Shown here piece after piece: positions 54,397 to 64,000 of a stretch of 64,000 nucleotides of DNA. The notes beneath the pieces were generated by a model. That model did no database searches. It worked only from the letters and a program-made list of their open reading frames with translations, and was not told where the DNA came from. The DNA is from Meyerozyma guilliermondii (Eukaryota), in assembly GCA_051546255.1 (NCBI GenBank), contig CP128816.1:1302001-1366000 (forward strand), given 5' to 3'. The translations under genes were made by a program, and so were the position numbers. The number at the start of each line of letters is the position of its first letter. The first letter of the stretch is position 1.

Positions 54397-54501
54397 TATT
54401 TCGATGCCGGAGGTACATGAAGTTGCATGAAGAGTTGCAGCATCGGTTTTGGGATACCATTTATAAATGAGCCAAACTTTGAAACTGTATCAATTTTAAC
54501 G

Positions 54502-55614
54502 ATGGACGTGAGTTTTATTGACGCGGACGTCAACCCTGATAACATTTTGTTGAATTTCACAATTCCAGGGTACCAAAATGGGTTTTCGGTTCCTATGGTG
54601 GTAATTAATGAGTTGCAAAAATCCCAAATGAAATATGCCATAGTTTATGGATGTGGTGTTGGGGCATCTTTGATCTTGTTGTTTGTGGTTTGGATCTTGT
54701 GTTCGAGAAAAACTCCACTTTTCATCATGAATAATATCCCTTTGGTGTTGTATGTGATAAGCTCAAGTTTGAATCTTGCTTATATTACTGGACCCTTGCT
54801 GTCGGTTTCAGTGTTTCTTACGGGAATTCTCACCTCCCATGATGCGATTAATGTGGTATATGCTTCGAATGCCTTGCAAATGTTACTTATTTTTCTGATA
54901 CAACTGACCATGGCTTACCATGTGTATGTCATGTTCAAGTCACCACAAATCAAGTATTTGCGGTATATGCTCGTTGGGTTTCTTGGATGCTTGCAAATCG
55001 TCACCACTTGCTTGTACATCAACTATAATGTGCTCTATTCTCGGAGAATGCACAAGTTGTATGAAACAGGTCAAACTTATCAAGACGGTACGGTTATGAC
55101 TTTCGTACCATTTATTCTTTTCCAATGCTCAGTCAACTTCTCCAGTATTTTCTTGGTGCTCAAGTTGATTATGGCGATCAGAACCCGTCGATACCTTGGT
55201 TTGAGACAGTTTGGTGGGTTCCATATTCTCATGATAGTGAGTCTTCAAACCATGCTTGTTCCCTCAATTTTGGTTTTGGTGAACTATGCTGCCCACAAGG
55301 CAGTTCCACTGAATCTTTTGTCGTCTGTCAGTATGATGATAATTGTCTTGTCACTTCCAGCATCATCAATGTGGGCAGCGGCTGCAAATGCTTCTTCGGC
55401 ACCATCTTCAGCTGCTTCCAGTCTTTTCAGATATACCACTTCTGACAGTGATAGGACTTTGGAGACGAAAAGTGATCACTTTATAATGAAGCACGAGAGC
55501 CATAACCTGTCTCCAAACTCACTGCCTTTGACTTTGGTGCAAAAAAGGATATCTGATGCAACACTCGAACTTCCAAAAGAACTCGAGGACTTGATTGATA
55601 GTACCAGTATTTGA
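54502..55614 (+). CDS. STE2: Alpha-factor pheromone receptor (class D GPCR)
   Basis: Seven hydrophobic segments, KTPLFIMN, KLIMAIRTRRYLGLRQF, LSLPASSMWA. Start 54502 preferred because a TATA box lies between it and ATG 54427. Confidence 0.95.
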   Translation: MDVSFIDADVNPDNILLNFTIPGYQNGFSVPMVVINELQKSQMKYAIVYGCGVGASLILLFVVWILCSRKTPLFIMNNIPLVLYVISSSLNLAYITGPLLSVSVFLTGILTSHDAINVVYASNALQMLLIFLIQLTMAYHVYVMFKSPQIKYLRYMLVGFLGCLQIVTTCLYINYNVLYSRRMHKLYETGQTYQDGTVMTFVPFILFQCSVNFSSIFLVLKLIMAIRTRRYLGLRQFGGFHILMIVSLQTMLVPSILVLVNYAAHKAVPLNLLSSVSMMIIVLSLPASSMWAAAANASSAPSSAASSLFRYTTSDSDRTLETKSDHFIMKHESHNLSPNSLPLTLVQKRISDATLELPKELEDLIDSTSI

Positions 55615-55811
55615 TAGTATCTACCAGCATCTACTAGTATCCAGCGGGCTAGAAAGAAGTTTGAGCGATATAAGGAAATAATATTTTAAATTGCAACCAC
55701 TAATTGTAGTGAATCTCAGAATAAAATCTCCATTTTCACATTGGCTGCAAGTCCGGCATAAATCTCACTGCGATTATCACTGCGATCATTTTATCTCCTC
55801 TAGTGGCAATC

Positions 55812-57041
55812 ATGGTGGCTGAACCCGTTCTGGCTACTGTGGAAATGCTAAATTTAGCCTACTCCAAGGTCTCGGACTTCATCTCGTCCCTGACTAATGC
55901 TACCTACAATACTAATATTTACGATAAAGTTTCGAAATTTAATCCATTTACTGAAGACCATCATTTTCAACCTACAAAAAGTTTGTGGGAAAAAGTTGAA
56001 GATCACATAGTGGAACACAGATTGGCCTACATATCAGTTCTTTCCGTTGGTATAGGGTTGGGTGGCTACTTTCAGTACAAATCTAAAGCATCAGAACCCA
56101 AAAATGGTCTTCGAAGAAGGGTCCGTAAACTTCCTAATGGAGCACGAAGAGATGCTGTGTTGTTGGTGGGTTCTCCAACTGAGCCATTGACTCGTCTTAT
56201 GGCGCTAGACTTGGAAAAACGTGGATTTATTGTGTACTTGACAATTCTCGATGAGAAAGACGAAAAGTACGTGGAGGCCAATTCTATCATGGAAGATCTC
56301 GACTACCTTAATTTGTCCGATTCTTACTCGTTTGACATGCACTTGTCGAAATTTAGGAAACTTTTACAAATGCCAGTGGTTCCTTTTGTGGGTGCTGAAC
56401 CACATACTCTCAATCTCTTGGGAATAGTTTTAGCTCCACTGCTATATTTCCCCATTGGACCCATTGAGAATATTACTGTTGCATCCTGGCTCAAAGTGAA
56501 TGAAAGGCTTAACGTTTACCTCAAATTATTGTCATCAGGATTGGTGTCAATGGCACGCGAACACAAGAGTAAACTTATTGTGGTTTACCCCAATGTTGTA
56601 CGCAATTTGACCATTCCATACCACGCTCCTGAAGCCGTGTTTCAGTCCAGTGTTCACAGCTTGTTCACCGCATTATCTCGAGAACTCTACACCCAAAACA
56701 TCCCTGTAACTCACATAAGGATGGGTAATTTGAATGTTTCCAGCCATGACAAAAGCTATGACAAATCGAAAATATCAAGCTTGGTTGCTTCAGAAATGAA
56801 GGGGTGGAACGAAGACGTCAAGTCCATCTACGCAGACCGATTTGCTAAAGCGGAATACAGAGCTAACCCAATACGATCTACTGGAAAGGGCACAAGCTTA
56901 CGAGATTTTTACCATACAATTTTTGATGTTTTGTACTCAAAAAACCCTCCAAAAGTCATCTACTGCGGTACAGGAGCTCGTACCTACGAATGGATCCTGA
57001 GATTCCTACCACAATCATTTCTTGACTTGGTTTTAAGGTGA
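55812..57041 (+). CDS. DUF1776 family (Ysc83-like) membrane-anchored SDR-like protein
   Basis: Single TM segment, then RRRVRKLPNGARRDAVLLVGSPTEPLTRLMALDLEKRGFIVY, and C-terminal YCGTGARTY. Confidence 0.78.
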   Translation: MVAEPVLATVEMLNLAYSKVSDFISSLTNATYNTNIYDKVSKFNPFTEDHHFQPTKSLWEKVEDHIVEHRLAYISVLSVGIGLGGYFQYKSKASEPKNGLRRRVRKLPNGARRDAVLLVGSPTEPLTRLMALDLEKRGFIVYLTILDEKDEKYVEANSIMEDLDYLNLSDSYSFDMHLSKFRKLLQMPVVPFVGAEPHTLNLLGIVLAPLLYFPIGPIENITVASWLKVNERLNVYLKLLSSGLVSMAREHKSKLIVVYPNVVRNLTIPYHAPEAVFQSSVHSLFTALSRELYTQNIPVTHIRMGNLNVSSHDKSYDKSKISSLVASEMKGWNEDVKSIYADRFAKAEYRANPIRSTGKGTSLRDFYHTIFDVLYSKNPPKVIYCGTGARTYEWILRFLPQSFLDLVLR

Positions 57042-57125
57042 TGGTTGTCGGTATACCGGCCTGTACATAGTGCTGGTTTTCGCACGCCGCCTATATATAA
57101 TGAAAATTTTCAGCTTTTCTTCTTT

Positions 57126-57508
57126 ACGTTCATGGCCAAAGATTTGTTTTCGAAGCTTACAAAAGGACTTTCGGGTCGTCAGTGCTTTGGGGAAAGTCTC
57201 CTGCCTAAACGCGGAAACGCAATGGTCCCATCAGACCATTTGAACCATTCAGAATTTTAGAGGCGGACAACCCTTTACAACATTTTGGCAAATACTAACG
57301 ATTTCGTTGTGTCTATTTTTAAAATAGCTCTGGTATTGGCCATTTTGTATGGTATTGGACTCTGTTGTTTGGTAAAGCTCTTTAATTTTGGCTGGTTCAC
57401 ATCCCATTTATGGTGTACATTCGGCAATGGGACGGTGAATCCTAAACGATAGTTATAACAAATGATCTACGATCAACCCAATGGAGCTCACTCTTGGACC
57501 ATGAACGT
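57126..57508 (+). ncRNA. NME1: RNase MRP RNA
   Basis: P1 helix ACGTTCATGG (57126) / CCATGAACGT (57508), P3 CGAAGCTTACAAAA, CR-I GAAAGTCTCC (57192-57201), P8 GCGGAAACGC, CR-IV ATAGTTA, CR-V AACCCAATGGAGCTCAC. TATATATAA at 57092 and an RRPE-like element at 57101. Confidence 0.93.
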
Positions 57509-57634
57509 CATTTCTCTTCGAGCCTAGTGCTGGAATTGGACAATAATTTTGTCCAATTTTGAGCCGCATAGTCAAATGTGCCGGGCTATATTTTTTTATG
57601 TCAGTCTTCAGGTGAGGACCATTATCATTTGTAG

Positions 57635-57720
57635 CTGTTAAATGATGAGATATTAAGCAAACATAGAGTCAAGCTCAGAGAATATTCAAAGACGAGAGTT
57701 GCAAAAATTTCTGAAAACAG
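57635..57720 (+). ncRNA. SNR66: Box C/D snoRNA snR66 (guide for the 25S U2417-equivalent 2'-O-methylation)
   Basis: Terminal stem CTGTT/AACAG, box C ATGATGA (57642), guide TAGAGTCAAGCT (57664-57675) complementary to LSU AGCUUGACUCUA, D' CAGA, box D CTGA (57711). Lies downstream of NME1 as in S. cerevisiae. Confidence 0.9.
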
Positions 57721-57763
57721 TAAATGGTGATGCCGACATTAAAATTAACGATTATATAGTACA

Positions 57764-59119
57764 CTACTCAACTTTCCAGTGACTGGTTAGAGCATTCCCT
57801 CCCGATGGTGATGTGTTCCCCAGAAGCTCGGCGGTGTAGAGCAACAATGTAGTAGCCATATTGATCCAGTTCCAGAACTGCCAAGGATGCACGATGACGG
57901 TGAAGTCTGACGACTCCCAAAACCCCCATAATTTGAGTTCAGTGCCCAATTGACCCGAATATTGCATCATCAAGTGGGTGTAGGCAAAGATGATGAAGCA
58001 AGGGGAATATGCGTAGATTAGCTTGAGGATGGTAGCTTTTGGTTGACGGGTGCGAATTTTTTTCTGTGGAGGTTTAGAGATTGTGCTTTCTTGAAATAAT
58101 GACGAAGACGAGCTTTGTCTCGACTTGGACGCTGGTGTTCGTGGAGGGGAGAACGTGGGGTACATGGATCCGTAGTAAAGGGAGGGAATGATTTTCGTTG
58201 CCGCGTAGAAAACCGAAAGACGATAAGCCAAGCTGAGGAGGAGTGGAATCGTTAGTTTCTGTAAGGAAATCACCAAAAAGTGCCAGATTGTTTTCATTGT
58301 CATTGGCAAATTAGAGGCTAAAAAGGGAACCGCATTCAGTACGGTATCGATAATTGTTGGAGGAAGTAGCGGGATTTGATTCTTTAATGTTGTAGTCGTT
58401 TGAGCAAACAACGATGCTAATGCCTCAGAAGCGTTCTCAGAAAGGTCTGGGAAGGTTTCGTAGATGCACCGAACGATATATGCAAGAAGCAATGAGGATT
58501 CGATCATACTTCCACGACCAGACACAATTCCAAAAGCTCCAATTCCAATGGTGAGGGTAAGCGACGACCCGAGTAAAGAAGCATTGACCATATCGATGGT
58601 AAAGTTCAAGGTGTAGATACGGTACAAGAAGTAGCAAGCAGTCGTTGTGGTCAATCCGCTACCCACCAATGACACAATTAACCAGTTATCCGAGCGGTGT
58701 ATGGTGAACCAGTTGAGGGTTTGGCCCACGGCTTGAATGAGAAGAAGAGAGCAAAACCCCTCCATGATGGTGATGATTGGAGTCGAATTTACCACGCAAA
58801 ACTTCCAAACGTCAACTGGATTGAGTCGAGGTGATGGTTGTTTAGTGGAGTAATACGACAAGAAAAATGTGAGCAAGCTCGGTATAACAAAATGCTGGGT
58901 ATAGTAAAGAAGCGACACCCACCTGAACCAACGAGACTTCTTTGTGATCATTCTGACTGTGGTAAGAACGAAATAAATACTGAAAAGCGTAAATGAGTAG
59001 CTTAACCCACAAGGTATTCCGCCCACATCAAAAGCTAAGGGTACAGTTAAAATCACGAGAGCCAAGTAGGCAAACGAAAAAAGTGCCTGGAGTGCACGCA
59101 GGGCACGCAGGGCCGTCAT
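57764..59119 (-). CDS. ICE2: ER membrane protein (inheritance of cortical ER)
   Basis: LTVPLAFDVGGIPCGLSYS, STPIITIMEGFCSLLLIQAVGQ, GSMIESSLLLAYIV, WNWINMATTLLLYTAEL. Confidence 0.92.
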   Translation of the reverse strand: MTALRALRALQALFSFAYLALVILTVPLAFDVGGIPCGLSYSFTLFSIYFVLTTVRMITKKSRWFRWVSLLYYTQHFVIPSLLTFFLSYYSTKQPSPRLNPVDVWKFCVVNSTPIITIMEGFCSLLLIQAVGQTLNWFTIHRSDNWLIVSLVGSGLTTTTACYFLYRIYTLNFTIDMVNASLLGSSLTLTIGIGAFGIVSGRGSMIESSLLLAYIVRCIYETFPDLSENASEALASLFAQTTTTLKNQIPLLPPTIIDTVLNAVPFLASNLPMTMKTIWHFLVISLQKLTIPLLLSLAYRLSVFYAATKIIPSLYYGSMYPTFSPPRTPASKSRQSSSSSLFQESTISKPPQKKIRTRQPKATILKLIYAYSPCFIIFAYTHLMMQYSGQLGTELKLWGFWESSDFTVIVHPWQFWNWINMATTLLLYTAELLGNTSPSGGNALTSHWKVE

Positions 59120-59415
59120 ATTGTATTGGTGATTGGAAATTTCGATTTGTTCTTTTGCTTAAAAAGGTTTAAAATCACCCAGAAAAAATTGGGCAGAAAC
59201 GCAAAGATTCAAAGAGTGCGCTTGGCGCTGTGAAGAAAAGCTGTGTGCGGAATCAGCACCTTCTATGATTGGTGGTAGAAGAATTAAATGAAGAATAAAT
59301 AATCACCGAAACTCCTTGACGAGGATGTTTTTGCACACGACAGATGCAGGAGAGTGGCGCGTGCAGGAAAAAACCAGCGATGCCATCGCGAAATGCAGGA
59401 TCTCATCTTGTCGTT

Positions 59416-61494
59416 ATGAAGCGGATCCAGCGTAATGGTGACGGCGCCATGAAACGGCAGAAGCACGGCCGAAGAGAGTTGCGTGAAGTGAAGCGTACGC
59501 TGAGGCGTCTGGCAAAATCAGAGGATTTTAGCGGTGCTGAGGATGAAAATAATGGTGAAAACGAAACAGAGGTGGCCGTAAATAATTCTGAAAGTGGAGA
59601 ACAAGAGGGCGTTGACGATACTGGAATGGCCTATAATGCATTATTGACGCTTTTGGGATCGGAGAAGCCCGAAAAACCAACTAAAAGACGTAAAAATGAC
59701 GAAGCTGGTGTTGAGGAAATCAACGAGGATGACTTGGAAATTCACTTAACAAAGTCAGATGACGAGTCAGATGAAGAAAATGAACCCGAAGTAGCCAGCG
59801 ATGACGAAGAGTCGGACGAAAAGTTCAATGCTTTCGATTTTCATTTCAATCAACCATCTGAAGACTACATGGAAAAGGCATCGCAGAGTGTAACCAGCAA
59901 ATGGAATAACACTACAAAAGAAACAATTGACGAGTATGTTGTATCTACAAGCACCCCACTGTGTATGAACAAGGAATCCGTGAAACTTGGCATTTCCCTG
60001 ATAAAAAAACGAGTTCGAGATGTCTATTCGGAGAAACACCCATCAAAGATTTCGGGCATTGATGCTTCACTTTTAGACTCAATGTTAAACTATAAGAGTG
60101 TTCTCTACCCCTACAAGCATTACAACAATACTTTCTACCGTGAGCTCTACTCTATGCATGCTATTAACCATGTTTTCAAGACAAGAGACAACATTTTGAA
60201 GAACACTGAAAAGATTAAACATGCCCAAGAAATGGCTCTTGAAGGTAAATCCCACGAAGACAAAGAATATAGAGACCAGGGGTTTACACGTCCAAAGGTT
60301 TTGATACTTTTACCAACGAGAAATGCTGCCTATGAAGTGGTTGAGAACATTTTAAAGTACTCTGGAAGCGAGCAACAAGAGAACAAAAAGAAGTTCAAAG
60401 CACAATTTAACAGTAATGATGTACCTCCAGAAACGAAACCTCAGGACTTTAGAGATGCTTTCAAAGGGAACAATAATGATTTCTTCTGTCTTGGAATGAA
60501 ATTCACCAGAAAATCTGCAAAGTTGTACTCTTCGTTTTATTCATCTGACATTATAATTGCATCACCTCTTGGTCTTTCTATGATCTTGGAGAATCCTGAC
60601 AAGAAAAAACGACAATACGACTTTCTTTCTTCGATTGAGGTATTTATCGTCGACAGAGCAACTCAAATCGAAGCACAAAATTGGGCTCATGTCAATCTTG
60701 TTCTCAAATATTTGAACAAAGTGCCCAAGGAATTCCATGATGCCGACTTCTCCAGAATCCGTATGTGGTACATTAATGACCAGGCACCATTGGTTCGGCA
60801 AACTTTGGTGTTCTGCGAGTATACCACTCCACCAATTACCAGTTTGGTGAGCTCCAAGAGTGTCAATATTGGAGGAAGAGTGCGGTACAAACCGATCTAC
60901 ACCTCGAAAAACTGTATTATGAACTCAATTGGTCTCCGTCTTAAACAAATATTTCAACGATTCAGCAGCTCATCACCAATGGAAGACTCCGAAAATCGGT
61001 TTAAATTCTTCATCAATTCGATGCTTCCATCACTCCTCAGTTCTACATCTTACAGTGATGGAATCCTAGTATACATCCCGTCATACTTTGATTATGTCCG
61101 CATAAAAAATTACATGAGAAATTCGACCAAATTCACGTTTGAAGGTATCGACGAATATTCTACCCAATCCAAACTCACCCGATACCGCCAGCAATTTATT
61201 AGCGGCAAGGTCAAGATTCTCTTGTATACCGAGAGACTCCACTATTTCCGAAGATTTGAAATTAATGGTGTAAAGACACTATTGATGTATGGAGTTCCTT
61301 CTAACCCACTATTTTACAAGGAGCTTGTAAGATGCATTGGAAAATCCGTTTTCAAGGAGGTGGCCGACATTGACCTTTCTTTCGTCAAGGTAATGTACTC
61401 TCAGTGGGATGCCATTGCTTTGGAAAGAATCGTAGGAGGAGACCGGGCACCGGTGTTGTGTAGCGGCACCAATGAGATGTATGAGTTTAGATAG
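59416..61494 (+). CDS. UTP25: U3 snoRNA-associated protein 25 (SSU processome)
   Basis: YRDQGFTRPKVLILLPTR, FYSSDIIIASPLGL, YIPSYFDYVR, LLYTERLHYFRR, LERIVG. Start uncertain (59344/59380/59416). Confidence 0.93.
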   Translation: MKRIQRNGDGAMKRQKHGRRELREVKRTLRRLAKSEDFSGAEDENNGENETEVAVNNSESGEQEGVDDTGMAYNALLTLLGSEKPEKPTKRRKNDEAGVEEINEDDLEIHLTKSDDESDEENEPEVASDDEESDEKFNAFDFHFNQPSEDYMEKASQSVTSKWNNTTKETIDEYVVSTSTPLCMNKESVKLGISLIKKRVRDVYSEKHPSKISGIDASLLDSMLNYKSVLYPYKHYNNTFYRELYSMHAINHVFKTRDNILKNTEKIKHAQEMALEGKSHEDKEYRDQGFTRPKVLILLPTRNAAYEVVENILKYSGSEQQENKKKFKAQFNSNDVPPETKPQDFRDAFKGNNNDFFCLGMKFTRKSAKLYSSFYSSDIIIASPLGLSMILENPDKKKRQYDFLSSIEVFIVDRATQIEAQNWAHVNLVLKYLNKVPKEFHDADFSRIRMWYINDQAPLVRQTLVFCEYTTPPITSLVSSKSVNIGGRVRYKPIYTSKNCIMNSIGLRLKQIFQRFSSSSPMEDSENRFKFFINSMLPSLLSSTSYSDGILVYIPSYFDYVRIKNYMRNSTKFTFEGIDEYSTQSKLTRYRQQFISGKVKILLYTERLHYFRRFEINGVKTLLMYGVPSNPLFYKELVRCIGKSVFKEVADIDLSFVKVMYSQWDAIALERIVGGDRAPVLCSGTNEMYEFR

Positions 61495-61609
61495 ACAACA
61501 AGGAATAGCACAGTAAATGGCAATAAAAGTATCGTTTAAGAATCATCTTGAATGGCTCTGCCTGTTTGAACTTTTCCCCATTTGTAGGCATTTTTCTTGT
61601 CTTTTCTGT

Positions 61610-61889
61610 TCAAGCTCGAAGATTATTGATCGCCATAATAAAGCATCCAATCGACATATAAGGGCTCAATCTTTCACCAATACGAGCAAACTTCCAAAAA
61701 ACGCCGAGAGCTCCCGATTTATTGCGGTCGAGAAGCGAAGGATAAGTAGCATGGATATAGGTGCAAGTGCAAATGAGTAACAAAATGACTTGTAAAAGTG
61801 ACTGAAAGTTGAAGAGTGCGGACTGGGTTAGATCTGAACAAGAAAAAAGGTTTCTTAAGGAGCTGCGTGGGCTGAAAAGTACTTACCAT
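61610..61889 (-). CDS. KSH1: Kish/TMEM167 small Golgi membrane protein; join(61887..61889, 61610..61822), intron 61823..61886
   Basis: ATG|GTAAGT...ATCTAAC-CCAG splices to give [71 protein letters not shown] (71 aa). Not in the ORF track. Confidence 0.95.
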
Positions 61890-62001
61890 TATTAGTGTTG
61901 GTGGTATATAGTTGTCAGGATTCGCACTCATTTTGAGTTGTGGTGCACGGGTGTGATTCCGGGAATTTTGGAGGCTTGTTGTGAGTTTCTGGTCGAGGAG
62001 T

Positions 62002-62892
62002 ATGGCAGATTATGACGACGAACCGTTCCAAATGGACGAAGAAGTGGATCTAGGAAGTCCGGAGCGGGAATTGAGTCTCACTGAAGAGTATTTTTCCCGA
62101 GATGGAACGTATATGGAAGAAAATGATATTCGACTAGCTTCGAAACCGGAACCTAAAGGCGCCAATTCCGGGCTGTATAAAGTGAGTGAAAGTGTGAATG
62201 ATAATCCAGAGGAGTTGGCTCGTTTGCTTGCAGAGCGGCTTGGAAAAAATCCAGAAAAAAATGGTGAGGAAAGCACCGAATATGATGAAGATGCGGATGA
62301 TAAACTCGATATTCAGAAACAAAAAGCTCTTGAAAATGAGTTTCGTGAAAAGAATATAGATTTACGGGCGCAAGAGGTGACTCCGCCAGAGAATTTTGCC
62401 CCGGTTATCAACAATATTTACCGATCTTCGTTTCCTCAGATTCACAGTTTTTCATTTCTTCGAACGTTAAAATTGAAGTCAATTCTTTGTTTGATCCCTG
62501 AAGAATACCCACAAATGCACAAAGATTTTTTTGAAGAGGAAGGAATCAAGCTTTTTCAAATGGGAATGTCAGGAAACAAAGAACCGTTTGTAAAAATTCC
62601 ACCAGATTTGGTGACGGAAGCCGTCAAGGTGGTGCTTGATCCACGCAACCAACCCATACTAATTCACTGCAATCGAGGGAAGCATAGAACCGGGTGTTTG
62701 GTGGGGGTTATACGACGATTGCAACGGTGGCTGTTGACGATTATTTTTGACGAATATCGTAAATTTGCAGCTCCTAAGGAACGACCAATGGACCAACAGT
62801 TTATTGAATTGTACAATGAAACCGAGATTGAGAGATACGCACATGAACACGGGTTGCTTCCGCTTCAGTGGGATGATGAGGCTGGGCTCTAA
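62002..62892 (+). CDS. SIW14: Inositol pyrophosphate phosphatase (PFA-DSP)
   Basis: TPPENFAPV, IYRSSFP, MSGNKEPFV, HCNRGKHRTG, IFDEYRKFA, DQQFIELY. Confidence 0.93.
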   Translation: MADYDDEPFQMDEEVDLGSPERELSLTEEYFSRDGTYMEENDIRLASKPEPKGANSGLYKVSESVNDNPEELARLLAERLGKNPEKNGEESTEYDEDADDKLDIQKQKALENEFREKNIDLRAQEVTPPENFAPVINNIYRSSFPQIHSFSFLRTLKLKSILCLIPEEYPQMHKDFFEEEGIKLFQMGMSGNKEPFVKIPPDLVTEAVKVVLDPRNQPILIHCNRGKHRTGCLVGVIRRLQRWLLTIIFDEYRKFAAPKERPMDQQFIELYNETEIERYAHEHGLLPLQWDDEAGL

Positions 62893-63272
62893 TCGGTATT
62901 GGGAGACTAATCGATAGACTGATCGGCTGGATATTGCATTCTACATGAACACTAATCTACTTCTAAACATTCTCCATATTTTTGACCTACGACTGTTTGG
63001 TCATATTTATATACTAGAAACTAAGCATCATGAATATTACTTATTCAATACTCCACTAAAATTTTGTCTCCTTTCTTGAACACCAGTCTTTATCTGTCCG
63101 TCGAATAGTAATCACTACCTTATATCAGCAAGTTATTTTAATAGTCTATTCAGCACTTTGATCTACGTCTTTTGCCCCAATGGCTCAATTTTAGACCAGT
63201 TCTCTACTTTTTCTACTCATAAACCATTTCCATTTAATTCTTTTTCTTTTCATTTTTTTTCTTTCCATTGTT

Positions 63273-63692
63273 TTATGGCCAGAAAAACTTGCGCCCATAG
63301 ATCCCAGCATTTCCGGTCGCAAGCACCGCCAACGCTAATGGCGAAAAATGGCCTCGGAATACACTTTTGAGCGACGACCGGCCGTTGACAAGAACGTACA
63401 ATGTCGACCATGCAAATGAAAAACCAGCACCATTGGTGATGTCTCCGTCGTAGGTTATGTAACCACCAAGCAAGTGAGCAGCCCCAAATGTCAAACATGT
63501 GGCTCTAGAAGGCTTTTCGAGCGCCATAGCTACGCTGGTTTTGTAAGAACCTCCAGATCCGAGGTTCAGAGGAAGTGGCTTAGAGCCACCAATGCTCTTT
63601 GCAAGTAATGCACCGGAAAGCAACCATGCTGGAAACGGCGACTCGCCCTGGCGGTTAATGGTGTCGGCGTTGGGAATTGGAAGGGAAATCAT
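63273..63692 (-). CDS. AIM19: Altered inheritance of mitochondria protein 19
   Basis: SPFPAW, GGYITYDGDITNGAGFSFAWSTLY, GNAGIYGRKF. Confidence 0.82.
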   Translation of the reverse strand: MISLPIPNADTINRQGESPFPAWLLSGALLAKSIGGSKPLPLNLGSGGSYKTSVAMALEKPSRATCLTFGAAHLLGGYITYDGDITNGAGFSFAWSTLYVLVNGRSSLKSVFRGHFSPLALAVLATGNAGIYGRKFFWP

Positions 63693-63813
63693 TTGTTGCT
63701 GGAGGTGGTGCAATTTGGTGAAATTTGTTATGAAGTGGAGTGCACACAAGCCCTACGAAAGTTGCTGTTCTTAAATCAATTTACTAATATACACCTAATA
63801 CCACATATAATCT

Positions 63814-64000
<187 letters not shown>

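Noticed and set aside
57293..57327. TACTAAC...AATAG inside the MRP RNA, suggesting an intron
   Set aside because: There is no consensus 5' splice site upstream within the RNA, and the conserved MRP elements on both sides fit without splicing.

Overview
Gene-dense eukaryotic DNA from a CUG-Ser (CTG-clade) budding yeast. The STE2 protein matches my recollection of the Meyerozyma (Candida) guilliermondii receptor, which is recall and not a database hit. CTG codons sit at conserved Ser positions, so the supplied translations wrongly show Leu there, and many ORF-track starts are upstream TTG/GTG codons. About 40 protein genes are present: SYO1, three tandem GPI cell-wall genes (one frameshifted), SSY5, FBP26, UBC9, PEX19, AFG2, SKI2, PTC5, RPS20, ATP10, DCP2, RIO2, SSB1, PTP1, VPS21, a tandem trio of Zn2Cys6-family paralogs, PMS1, REV7, SAL1, CCT2, DDR48, a Snf1 beta subunit, STE2, ICE2, UTP25, SIW14, AIM19 and a partial histone H3. 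Elements absent from the ORF track: an intron-split KSH1 gene, RNase MRP RNA followed by a hairpin and snR66, an intron-embedded SNORD79-like C/D snoRNA in an apparently non-coding host transcript, and a ~650 bp degenerate tandem array downstream of DDR48. I saw no tRNA, rRNA, transposon or CRISPR.
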